DNA from: a virus
Lineage: Duplodnaviria > Caudoviricetes
Length of the DNA stretch: 52,315 nt
Virus record (IMG/VR): IMGVR_UViG_3300042562_002373
Span: 1 to 52,315 of that record
Reading direction: 5' to 3' (one strand)
Made by a program: the position numbers and the translations under genes
Part shown: positions 1 to 8,743 of the stretch, one piece after another
Numbering within the stretch: position 1 is the first letter of the stretch
Layout: the number at the start of each line of letters is the position of its first letter
The notes under the pieces: generated by a model
Told to the model about the DNA's origin: nothing
The model's input: only the letters and a program-made list of their open reading frames with translations
Database searches by the model: none

Positions 1-1462
1 CCATATGGTCAGGTCTACCATTTTTATAGATATATGTTTTCATCTCATGGATTAATCGTATTGAATTAATCTTAATAGTATTAGTTCTGATAGCTATCTC
101 TAAATTTGATATTAGCTGTAACCTACAACCGTTAATATTAAATCCAACTACTTTATTATCTTTAGTTTTCTCGTCATAATATAAATTAGGATATTTCAAT
201 TCAACTAATTTACTTGTCGTAGTATTTCCTACACCGATATTATCCACAATCAAAAACGCATCATATTTTAAACCATATATATTTAACACTTCTGCAAAAT
301 TATCTGGTGGTATTTTACCTTGGAACTCAACAACTTGTTCCATTGTTGTAAAATCTATAATCTGGAAACACGAATAATCGGCCCCATCGCCTCTAGCAAT
401 GTCAGCCGCCATTATATATTCATGACCTTCAATAGGTTCAGACCAAATCCATATTAAACCACTATTACCATCATAATATGTTTTATCAACATACTTTGGT
501 TCAGTTACATTATTCTTCTCATGGAAATCGATATATTCATCATCTATTACGTTACCCCCAGAACCTAAGAAAGATACATCTAACTCTTGCGCAATCTTCT
601 TCTTATCGTTATTCATGTTCTTACACATGTTTATATACCAAGAAGAGGCTGGCTTCCAACCATCTTTTATTCTTTTAGCGTATGAGTCAAGTTTAAATTC
701 GTATTCTTTAACGGTTTCGTCATTTTTGGTCCAACTTAAATCTTTATTGTACCTAGGGTCTTCATACCATTTTAATTCTATAATATTATATGTGTTCTCA
801 CCCCTCTTAGCTTGTTCATAAGTTTTATAATACAATGGGTCATAACCATTTGGTGTTGAAATTAATATCGCTCTACCCCCAGTACCTAACGATGTTACAG
901 CCGCTGCATATAAATCAGCACCTCTATCGATAAAGGCTGCCTCATCAAAGATTAGGAATGTTGGTGTATACCCCCTTAATGCATCCTCAGATGTTGCTAC
1001 AGCAATAATCTTAGAACCATTAGGTAATTCAACCTCAATTTGAGAATCTTTTACAAAGATACTTTTCTTCTCTTTATCTTTATCACCATAATATTCATTA
1101 CCCCATACCCATCTAGGTAATTGGTTAACATAGTCTTTTATCCCTTTTAAGAACTTCTTAGCCAATGTTAACTTATTGGCGATAACAATTATCGTCTCAG
1201 GGTTTTTAGGGTCAGCAAATCCAATCTTTATAGCACAATAACCTTGTGTGGTTGTTGATATACCAGCTTGTCGTGGTTTAGTTACTAAATTAAATCTATG
1301 ATTCTCATATGCTCTAACAATTTCTTTCTGTCTAACAAAAAGTTTAAACGGAACAAAACCCTCTTGCGTTTTATCAAATGTCTGTAAATAGGTCTCAATC
1401 GCATAGATTGGGTTATCTAGACACTTCGCATACTCCTCAAATATTTCTACTGCTGTTAGCAT
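1..1462 (-). CDS. terL: Terminase large subunit (T4 gp17-like), 3' end outside window
   Basis: Not in ORF track. Manual translation from ATG at 1462: MLTAVEIFEEYAKCLDNPIYAIETYLQTFDKTQEGFVPFKLFVRQKEIVRAYENHRFNLVTKPRQAGISTTT (Walker A-like RQxGxST), then LRGYTPTFLIFDEAAFI (Walker B), ISTPNG, and nuclease-domain AADIARGDGADYS. Confidence 0.93.
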   Translation of the reverse strand, partial: MLTAVEIFEEYAKCLDNPIYAIETYLQTFDKTQEGFVPFKLFVRQKEIVRAYENHRFNLVTKPRQAGISTTTQGYCAIKIGFADPKNPETIIVIANKLTLAKKFLKGIKDYVNQLPRWVWGNEYYGDKDKEKKSIFVKDSQIEVELPNGSKIIAVATSEDALRGYTPTFLIFDEAAFIDRGADLYAAAVTSLGTGGRAILISTPNGYDPLYYKTYEQAKRGENTYNIIELKWYEDPRYNKDLSWTKNDETVKEYEFKLDSYAKRIKDGWKPASSWYINMCKNMNNDKKKIAQELDVSFLGSGGNVIDDEYIDFHEKNNVTEPKYVDKTYYDGNSGLIWIWSEPIEGHEYIMAADIARGDGADYSCFQIIDFTTMEQVVEFQGKIPPDNFAEVLNIYGLKYDAFLIVDNIGVGNTTTSKLVELKYPNLYYDEKTKDNKVVGFNINGCRLQLISNLEIAIRTNTIKINSIRLIHEMKTYIYKNGRPDHM

Positions 1463-1500
1463 AAGTTTTTATTAATAAATATGTAAATACTAGTAAAAAC

Positions 1501-1530
1501 AAAAAAACCATCAATTATTGATGGTCTTAT
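1501..1530 (-). terminator. Rho-independent terminator
   Basis: accatcaat/attgatggt inverted repeat with A-tract on + strand (U-tract on -), just after the stop of 1537..2715. Confidence 0.7.
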
Positions 1531-1536
1531 TTAAGT

Positions 1537-2715
1537 TTATTCAAAATCTTCAGCTTCAAAATGGGTGTCGTTTAGTTCTCTAATCTGTTCTTCCATTTCA
1601 AGTTCTTGTTTGACATGCGAAAGTATTTCTAATATTACATGCTTACCATGTTTAGTTTTACCTAACACTTCTCTTAAATCATGTAAAAATTCTACAGCTG
1701 GTTTCTTAATAAATTCAGCAAATATCAAATGCTTTACATTCATATTTTTTCTAGGAATATTCTCACAGAATCTATCCCACATCTTAGGACCAATTCTTTC
1801 ATCCCATGGTTTAGCACCATCATAATCAGCATTATTAATAGCGTACTCTAATAATTTAGGGTTATTTGGAATACCATGTGTTGATAATACTTCCATAACA
1901 CCTCTATGTAATTCAGCTAATAAAATAGGGAAAGCCATTCCTCTTGCTTTTACAGTTGGAGTAATCTTACCATCTTTCTTACTTTCATATACCACATCAC
2001 AATTTCCACCTTCAACCATATCATCATTTTCTGGTTCAGTATATGATAAAAAGTCATTTGCAGCCATAATCTTTTTATAGTTACTTAATAACTTAGTGTT
2101 CATATGTTTTAACTCACCACCAAAGAAATGGTATAAATGGTCAAGATTTTTTGATGCACCAGCCATTAAAGCATTTATTGCTCTTCTTTTCTTAATCTCA
2201 TTATTACCTTTAACTAATTCGTCATGGTCCTCAAAGATAGTATCTTCAGTTATTTTATTTGATTTTTTACTTGGTTCAATCTCAGCAGTTAATTCAGCAT
2301 CAAATTCGATAGCACCCTCTGGTATTTCAAATTCTTCCATCATCATTTTAACTGCTAATTCTTCTAACTTTTTTTTATTTGGTTTCTCCATTTCTAAGGT
2401 TTCTTCAAATAAATGGTTCATATGCATATACATATCATTAGGGTCAACATGATTAACATCAAATGCTTCTCTACCATTCAATACCACATCTTTAAATCTA
2501 TCACCAATTAGATAGATATCAAAAGCTACTTCAGATTGTGGGAAAATACCACACTCAGTTAATGAATGTTCACTATTCAATATTGATTCCTCGATATCTG
2601 GATGCATAGTCTCATTAATACCTTCATGGTATAACGTATCGTGATATTTCTCACGCAAACCTTTAACTCGGTTCTCAACCAATATACGTTTAGTTATATG
2701 TTTATAATCTCCCAT
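1537..2715 (-). CDS. Hypothetical phage protein, probably virion/head-associated
   Basis: 392-aa ORF with phage-like codon usage next to terL; motifs KRRAINAL, ARGMAFPILLAEL, WDERIGP. Confidence 0.75.
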   Translation of the reverse strand: MGDYKHITKRILVENRVKGLREKYHDTLYHEGINETMHPDIEESILNSEHSLTECGIFPQSEVAFDIYLIGDRFKDVVLNGREAFDVNHVDPNDMYMHMNHLFEETLEMEKPNKKKLEELAVKMMMEEFEIPEGAIEFDAELTAEIEPSKKSNKITEDTIFEDHDELVKGNNEIKKRRAINALMAGASKNLDHLYHFFGGELKHMNTKLLSNYKKIMAANDFLSYTEPENDDMVEGGNCDVVYESKKDGKITPTVKARGMAFPILLAELHRGVMEVLSTHGIPNNPKLLEYAINNADYDGAKPWDERIGPKMWDRFCENIPRKNMNVKHLIFAEFIKKPAVEFLHDLREVLGKTKHGKHVILEILSHVKQELEMEEQIRELNDTHFEAEDFE

Positions 2716-2717
2716 GA

Positions 2718-2990
2718 TTATTTCTTTAAATTTTTTACTTTAATTACTTCTTTAACCTTTTTTTTAGGTTTAATTTCTTCTACATCTTCCTTTACTTCGT
2801 CTGGTCCCACTATTATACCAGCAAAATTTTTAGCTATTTTTTTAGCTTTATCATCATTACCCAAAGCTTTTGTAGTTGAATCTATAAAATCCTTAGTTGG
2901 TCCTTCTATAAATTCTTTAGCTTTTGCTAAATCATCAGCAACTTTTTCTGGTTTAAAAGCTTCCAAAAGGTCTTTTTTCTTAATTCTCAT
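2718..2990 (-). CDS. Hypothetical Lys-rich protein
   Basis: 90-aa ORF packed in the minus-strand operon. Confidence 0.7.
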   Translation of the reverse strand: MRIKKKDLLEAFKPEKVADDLAKAKEFIEGPTKDFIDSTTKALGNDDKAKKIAKNFAGIIVGPDEVKEDVEEIKPKKKVKEVIKVKNLKK

Positions 2991-3010
2991 AATAATTATA
3001 TTATTTAATA

Positions 3011-3403
3011 TTATTTACTATATTCTAATACTATATCTTTTTCATATAGTTTATCATTAACAGTTTTGATTTCCTCACCAAACTTAAACCAAAGTCTAAT
3101 TTCTGGGTATTCATCATATTCATCAATATTTTCCCAACCTAAAGCAATCACACCATCAACAGCATCCCATACACTAAATGTATCACTTTGTTGAACCAAT
3201 GATAACTTTACATTTGTAGTTAACTTACCAACCTTCTTAACGAATTCCTCACGAGGTGGTTCTGGTCTATTAGACGCTGGTACAGCATCCCAATCTTCAC
3301 CATCAACGTCTTTGATAGTGTTTGAATACAAAAACTCATATAAGTAATTACCTTGCCAGTCTTTACCTACACTATTTATATAAATTAAATACAACTTTTC
3401 CAT
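3011..3403 (-). CDS. Hypothetical phage protein
   Basis: 130-aa acidic/aromatic ORF in operon. Confidence 0.75.
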   Translation of the reverse strand: MEKLYLIYINSVGKDWQGNYLYEFLYSNTIKDVDGEDWDAVPASNRPEPPREEFVKKVGKLTTNVKLSLVQQSDTFSVWDAVDGVIALGWENIDEYDEYPEIRLWFKFGEEIKTVNDKLYEKDIVLEYSK

Positions 3404-3407
3404 TTTA

Positions 3408-4019
3408 TTACTTTTTTAATAGCATTATTGGGTTAACTTCCCACACTGATTCTTTTAAAGATTTTTTCTTCTTTTTAGTCTTAACACAATTGTTTACACG
3501 TTTACCAGTCTTATCTGATATTTTTGTACCTTCTTTATGATAACCAACCCAGCAAGATATTTCATCAATCATCTCTTCTTCATTAACATCGTCAGTTTCA
3601 GTTATCTCAACCATTAAATTACCAGTTCCTTTAATGACTCTATGATAAACATTTTTAGGTATTTCAATAGTTTCATTAATACTCATCTTTCTTGGTAACT
3701 CATTATCAAATTGAATCATCCAATCAGTTTCAGATAATAATTTAACTATTCTATCAGATTTATCTCTATGCCAAGTTAATTCATGCTCATCAACACTTTC
3801 AGAAAATGTTCTTCTAATGATATTATCAGTTCTTTCTTCAATATAAGGTTTCTCACCTTTAGCAGTCTGCGACTTTTTCCAAGCATCTAATGCTGGAAAA
3901 TTATAGGTATGTGTCTCACTATCGAACCCACATTTATGACATAGATATGGGTGAGCCTCTTGTTTAAGAGGCCACTCATGTCCACAGTTTTTACCTTCAC
4001 ATTTAAATTTTTCTTCCAT
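3408..4019 (-). CDS. Multidomain protein: Zn-ribbon + cupin-like domain + CWxGY..NCV motif
   Basis: CxxxxC..CxxC at N-terminus; WHRD...IPKNVYHRVIKG cupin-like His pattern; start moved to the ATG at 4019 (MEEKF), directly after the upstream stop. Confidence 0.65.
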   Translation of the reverse strand: MEEKFKCEGKNCGHEWPLKQEAHPYLCHKCGFDSETHTYNFPALDAWKKSQTAKGEKPYIEERTDNIIRRTFSESVDEHELTWHRDKSDRIVKLLSETDWMIQFDNELPRKMSINETIEIPKNVYHRVIKGTGNLMVEITETDDVNEEEMIDEISCWVGYHKEGTKISDKTGKRVNNCVKTKKKKKSLKESVWEVNPIMLLKK

Positions 4020-4020
4020 A

Positions 4021-5772
4021 TTACCAAAATCTACCACCACCAGATAAACCTAATAATTTAGCATATCTAGGCAAACGACATGACCAGTACCCTGGTGTAG
4101 TCTTATCATTCTTTTGTTCACAATTATGTCTATCAGCAAATGCTTTTCTAGCTTTTGGGTCTTTTAACTTAACAGATAAATTACCACCACCAGCTTTAGC
4201 ACCAAAAGATACTTTTTTAACTTTGCCAGTTTTAGGGTTCTTAACATAAACATAGAACTTTTTAGAACCACCTCTTTTTGGTTTACCTAATTCTACTTTT
4301 TTCCCTTGGTATTCAGCTTCAGTTAAAGTTCCTTTATTTAATTCCTTATTAACTGCATTTATTTTATCCTTTTTTTCCAAATTAGCTAAACTTATTCGGT
4401 TATAACCTTTCATTAAAAGAAATTCATCCATTTTTTTATCATCAGTCAAATTTGCTAAACCTATTCGGTTAAAACCATTATTTAAAAGGAAATCATCAAT
4501 ATTTTTAACATCAACATTTTCTTCTTCAGATTCCATAATTTGACCTAACTGAAAAATTTGGCCATTAAGTCTTACTTTTGAATCAATATCATTTACGATA
4601 AATATATCGTTCTCATTAAGTTTAATCAAGCCTTTAGTATATAAAGTTTTAACTTCTTTCAATAAATTGAAGAAATTATCAGAACCATATCTGTAAACTG
4701 ATTCACCTAAAGCTAATTTATTATCCATATGATACTTTAACCCATCAGAGATTTCAACTTCTTTTTTTAATTCCATTGGTTTTGACCATTCAGAATAATC
4801 ATAATCTTCTTCATCGTCTTCACGGTCTTCCATATCAACAGATTTCCACATATCACCACTATTAGTTTCATTCATTAAGAAATCAAATACTTGGTCGAAA
4901 CTTTCTTTAGCAGTTGCAATATGGTCAGCAGCCCAGTCATGTCCGCTATTTAAGATAGCTTCAATTTGACCTTCATCTAAATCTAATAATAAACCAGCTT
5001 GTCTTCTCATTTGTTCTAAATTACTGAAAAACATGTATCTAGTTGGGTTACCTTCTTCGTCACCACCTTCACCAAGTAAATCTTTCATTTCAAAATGTTT
5101 TGACTCTTCCATTTCTTCTTCAAACATACGAGTGTCGTTTTCGAAAGCACTTCTTTTTGTATCAGTTACAAATGTTTTATCTGGACCCCAAGCGTTCTCA
5201 TCAGTACCTTCATCAATCGGTTCTTCATCTTCTACTGGTACTTCATCCTCTGGCGCAGCCTCTGGCATATCTTCTTCTGGTTCATCATCACCTTTACCAG
5301 AATCCTCAATTTTTTTAACGATATCTTTTCTATCTTCTTCATCCATTTCAGCTGTATGTGTCGCAGCAATTACTGAATTGATAACATATTTCTCCAATTC
5401 AAAGTCTGGTTCACCTTCATCTTTAGTAAAAGTTCTTAATGTTGTAGCTATTTTACCAGCAAGTTGCTCGATAAATTTCTTTGGGTCTTCTTCCTCGTCA
5501 GCTTCAACACCAGCATCAAATGGTGTTTTATCAAATGGTGCATCACCAGCTGGTTCAGCAGTATCATCCATAGGCATATCATCCATAGGTGCATCATCCA
5601 TTGGTGCAGCCTCTGGTGCTGGCTCAGGGGTAGAAACAGCAGAAGCCGCCTTATTAGGCAGCTTCAACTTGTATTTAACGTCTTCGTTAACAGTCTCTAA
5701 TACATCTAAATTATAACCAGTTTCTTCATCAGAAAATAAACCAGTTGATATTTTAGCGTTATCGTTTAGACT
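4021..5772 (-). CDS. Acidic modular virion-associated protein; probably the C-terminal part of a -1 frameshift fusion with 5766..6527
   Basis: Frame is open upstream of the track's TTG start back to the A10 run (SLNDNAKISTGLFSDEETGYNLDVLETVNEDVKYKLKLP); D/E/P-rich linker; C-terminal basic domain EAEYQGKKV...KKVSFG...RHNC...GYWSC. Confidence 0.75.
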   Translation of the reverse strand, partial: SLNDNAKISTGLFSDEETGYNLDVLETVNEDVKYKLKLPNKAASAVSTPEPAPEAAPMDDAPMDDMPMDDTAEPAGDAPFDKTPFDAGVEADEEEDPKKFIEQLAGKIATTLRTFTKDEGEPDFELEKYVINSVIAATHTAEMDEEDRKDIVKKIEDSGKGDDEPEEDMPEAAPEDEVPVEDEEPIDEGTDENAWGPDKTFVTDTKRSAFENDTRMFEEEMEESKHFEMKDLLGEGGDEEGNPTRYMFFSNLEQMRRQAGLLLDLDEGQIEAILNSGHDWAADHIATAKESFDQVFDFLMNETNSGDMWKSVDMEDREDDEEDYDYSEWSKPMELKKEVEISDGLKYHMDNKLALGESVYRYGSDNFFNLLKEVKTLYTKGLIKLNENDIFIVNDIDSKVRLNGQIFQLGQIMESEEENVDVKNIDDFLLNNGFNRIGLANLTDDKKMDEFLLMKGYNRISLANLEKKDKINAVNKELNKGTLTEAEYQGKKVELGKPKRGGSKKFYVYVKNPKTGKVKKVSFGAKAGGGNLSVKLKDPKARKAFADRHNCEQKNDKTTPGYWSCRLPRYAKLLGLSGGGRFW

Positions 5773-6527
5773 TTTTTTTTTAATTCAGTTTGTAATTCAA
5801 CCATCTCTTCAATAGTAAGACCTTCCAAAATTGATTTAATTCTAGAATCATCTTTAGTTGAATCAATGATTGAATCCATTTCATGAATAGCTCTAGAAAT
5901 AGAGTATCCTTTTTTAGCTACTGGAGCTTCAATATCTTCAGTACCTTCTAAAATAGCATCGATAGCTTCTTCAGTTTCAGATAATTTAACTTTATCAAAA
6001 TCATTTTTAGTTTTACCATCAGCTAAGTTATCACCAAATTGACCTTCTTCTTTACCTTCTTTAGCGTCATAAGATAATTTATCTCCTTTTTTATCAACGA
6101 TATACTCTTCGTTATCACCAACACCTTTAGTTTCACTAAAAGCTGCTTCAGCTTTCATACCATGATGCTCAGTTAATAAGTTATCGTCTAAAAATGTATT
6201 AATTTTACCACCTTTATTGTAAGCTTCATTAAGACTTAAAAATTTAAGATTTAATTGTTTAATTGCTTTTGCATAAGAAGGATAAACTTCTGATTTTTTA
6301 TTTTGTAAACCACCAATGTATTGGAAGTCTTCAGTTACTAAATTCTCTTTAGGGTTAGTAACTTTAATGAAATATTCATGATTCTCTCTTACGATACCAT
6401 ATACTTTTCCATCAGGTCCAATTTTAGTTAATTCAACTACAGAAGTCTTAGTGTTTTCGTTAACTGGTTGTTTACCCATTAACTCTAACATTCTATTTAC
6501 TGCTTCTTTACCTTGTAAATTTTTCAT
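5766..6527 (-). CDS. Hypothetical head-associated protein (N-terminal part of putative frameshift fusion)
   Basis: 253-aa ORF ending TTA AAA AAA AAA GTC TAA; many L/I-x-E motifs. Confidence 0.8.
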   Translation of the reverse strand: MKNLQGKEAVNRMLELMGKQPVNENTKTSVVELTKIGPDGKVYGIVRENHEYFIKVTNPKENLVTEDFQYIGGLQNKKSEVYPSYAKAIKQLNLKFLSLNEAYNKGGKINTFLDDNLLTEHHGMKAEAAFSETKGVGDNEEYIVDKKGDKLSYDAKEGKEEGQFGDNLADGKTKNDFDKVKLSETEEAIDAILEGTEDIEAPVAKKGYSISRAIHEMDSIIDSTKDDSRIKSILEGLTIEEMVELQTELKKKV

Positions 6528-6549
6528 ATTTAATTATTAATTTATTTTA

Positions 6550-6795
6550 TTATAAGAAATCTGTGCTACCATCAAAAACTTCTCTAGGAGAACCTAAAAG
6601 GTAACATCCAGTACCACCAGACACACTGTTTATTCCTATGAAAATACTAGAACTACCACCCATACTAAAAGTGGTACCATTAATATTAATAGTACATCCA
6701 GCTGCTCCGCCATATATTTCAGTATAAGAGTGTCCAGTTAAATTAGCATTAGCTGGTGTAACAATTACACTATGTACGTCATATATTTTTGCCAT
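6550..6795 (-). CDS. Small Gly-rich beta protein, possible structural/decoration protein
   Basis: 81 aa, G/S/T-rich, first gene after an ATATTTAT motif. Confidence 0.65.
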   Translation of the reverse strand: MAKIYDVHSVIVTPANANLTGHSYTEIYGGAAGCTININGTTFSMGGSSSIFIGINSVSGGTGCYLLGSPREVFDGSTDFL

Positions 6796-6804
6796 ATCAT
6801 TTTA

Positions 6805-6819
6805 TTTATTAATAAATAT
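6805..6819 (-). promoter_or_regulatory. Putative phage late promoter motif ATATTTATTAATAAA
   Basis: Same core found shortly upstream of start codons at 13 positions in the window. Confidence 0.6.
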
Positions 6820-6830
6820 TAATGAAAACA

Positions 6831-6852
6831 AAAAAAGCCTCGTTTGAGGCTT
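6831..6852 (-). terminator. Rho-independent terminator
   Basis: aagcctc-gttt-gaggctt hairpin with A-tract on + strand. Confidence 0.75.
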
Positions 6853-6873
6853 AAATTAAATTTTATTTTATAA

Positions 6874-7707
6874 TTAATAATTACTTATGACATCAGCTGC
6901 TGCAATATTAGAACCTTTAATTCCTTTAGCTTGAGCTTTTTTCATTTCTTCATCAAATACTTTACCCCCACCATCTTTAATAAAATTAACAGCATTCTTA
7001 AATGCCCCCAAATCTCTAATACTATTTGCTGGGTTATTATTACCACTATAATCAACATTTAAAACTGGGTTTTCAATAGAATAATCTACTACTTTCTCAC
7101 CATCATGACTAGCATTAGGATTACTTCTATCCTCTTCTCTCAAAGTAATACCAAATGAGTATATTGCGATTTCTTCATCAGTAGGTTTTTCTTTTAATAA
7201 AACACCACCAGAAGCGTTACCTTGTTGGTCTTTTAATTTAGTTACTTTATAACTACGAACACCACCACCATGTGTATTTACTGCTACGCTATCTTTACCA
7301 GCTTTACTATCTACAGTGTATTCAGTACCATGAACATTACTATTCATTGAAAATGTTGGTTCTTCTTGTTTAGAACATGATGTTACTAAACCAGCAAGAC
7401 CGATAGCACACGCAACTACAATATCTTTAACACTTTCATCTAAATTACCATTTGCTTGTATAGTTTTAATTTCTTTACCTTGTGCATTAGTTAAAACTAC
7501 TTTTCCAACTTCACTTGGGTCAATACCAGCTTTTTCTAGCTCATCTGCTAAGTTTGATGGTACATTATCTTCACCTTCAGCAAAAGCAAACTTACCACCC
7601 TTTAACGGTAAAATAGCTTCACTTATTAATCCTTTTGATTGTAAATATCTTTGCTCAACCATTAAATTGGCTCTTTGTATACTTTTCTTTTTATCAATTC
7701 TTCTCAT
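6874..7707 (-). CDS. Hypothetical protein with shared N-terminal leader and internal lipobox-like segment
   Basis: N-terminus MRRIDKKKSIQRANLMVEQRYLQSKGLISE matches 49250..50146; internal IVVACAIGLAGLVTS-C-SKQEE. Confidence 0.8.
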   Translation of the reverse strand: MRRIDKKKSIQRANLMVEQRYLQSKGLISEAILPLKGGKFAFAEGEDNVPSNLADELEKAGIDPSEVGKVVLTNAQGKEIKTIQANGNLDESVKDIVVACAIGLAGLVTSCSKQEEPTFSMNSNVHGTEYTVDSKAGKDSVAVNTHGGGVRSYKVTKLKDQQGNASGGVLLKEKPTDEEIAIYSFGITLREEDRSNPNASHDGEKVVDYSIENPVLNVDYSGNNNPANSIRDLGAFKNAVNFIKDGGGKVFDEEMKKAQAKGIKGSNIAAADVISNY

Positions 7708-7709
7708 AA

Positions 7710-8270
7710 TTATTTATTATTAATTTTATCTGAGGCATATTTAACCCCCATTATTGTCCCTATAATTGAGAACGCGTTTGTTAGTAATATACCGAACATA
7801 TTAGACCATACATTACCAATGTCATGTGATTCCTTACTACCACTAATTATAGATGCTCCATACATTAAACTAGTAATAACACCAACACCGATTATAATGT
7901 ACAATGAAACTTTAACTATCACACCAATCAACTCAAATTGAGTTTTTTTCTGTAAGATATCTAAATCATTCTCAGCATTATTCTTAGCTTCTTCAGCTTG
8001 TTTAAGAGCGTCATTTAATTCGTCAGTCATCCTTTCATTCTCTTCACGCCATTGAGTTAACTCAGTGTTCTGCGTTTGAATCTTTTTGGTGATTTCTAGA
8101 CGTTTTCTTCTATTCTCGTTATCTTTTTCTATGCAAGCTTTTAGATAATCAGAAAATTCTTTATTATCTGTCTTAATTAGTTTAACGATATTACCCTCCA
8201 GACCCATTTTCTTCTTATCGTATAGAGCCAACAAGACCTCTATAGTTTTATCGTCAAACTTAACTTCCAT
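7710..8270 (-). CDS. Coiled-coil protein with two C-terminal TM helices
   Basis: Heptad-rich aa 50-110, hydrophobic aa ~113-140 and ~155-177; start overlaps the receiver stop by one base. Confidence 0.8.
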   Translation of the reverse strand: MEVKFDDKTIEVLLALYDKKKMGLEGNIVKLIKTDNKEFSDYLKACIEKDNENRRKRLEITKKIQTQNTELTQWREENERMTDELNDALKQAEEAKNNAENDLDILQKKTQFELIGVIVKVSLYIIIGVGVITSLMYGASIISGSKESHDIGNVWSNMFGILLTNAFSIIGTIMGVKYASDKINNK

Positions 8271-8707
8271 TATCTGTATACTTTAAATGGTGCTTTTCTA
8301 TTTTTATAGCTATCATAGTCCTTTCTAAACTCCTCAAGTCTAGGTTCAATTTCATCAGATTTAAGTATCCAAAATTGAGCCCCAGCCTTCATAGCTTTTG
8401 CTTGTTCCTCAGCTTCATTTGAAGAAGATATAATTCCGATAATCACATGATTACCATACTCAAAATTAATTCTTCTTACTAATTCGATTCCATCAAATGC
8501 AGAACCAATTAAATTTAAGTCAACGAAAACACATTCTGGTTTATCGTCTACATTATTACTTTCAAACCAAGCTTTGAATAATTTTTCTGCCTCATCTGCT
8601 GATGAAACACTTTGAAGTGAAAGGGTGATGTCTAAGAGACTGCAAGCGTCTTCAAAAACTAGATGAAATAAATCTTCATCATCTACTAATAGTATTGAAT
8701 CTATCAT
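8270..8707 (-). CDS. Single-domain response regulator (receiver)
   Basis: ILLVDDED acidic pocket, phosphoacceptor VFVDLNL, ISSS, conserved Lys in WILK. Confidence 0.92.
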   Translation of the reverse strand: MIDSILLVDDEDLFHLVFEDACSLLDITLSLQSVSSADEAEKLFKAWFESNNVDDKPECVFVDLNLIGSAFDGIELVRRINFEYGNHVIIGIISSSNEAEEQAKAMKAGAQFWILKSDEIEPRLEEFRKDYDSYKNRKAPFKVYR

Positions 8708-8743
8708 GGCTTTATATTTAAATATTAGGTTATTAGGTAAAAA

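Noticed and set aside
478-821. Plus-strand ORFs 478..678 and 615..821
   Set aside because: Antisense shadows of the terminase gene on the minus strand
1565-5716. Plus-strand ORFs such as 1565..1825, 2096..2452, 2641..3060 and 5033..5716 (Ser-rich)
   Set aside because: Antisense to D/E-rich minus-strand genes; the Ser/Phe/Ile richness is the expected reverse-complement artefact. The same applies to the other overlapping opposite-strand ORFs in the track
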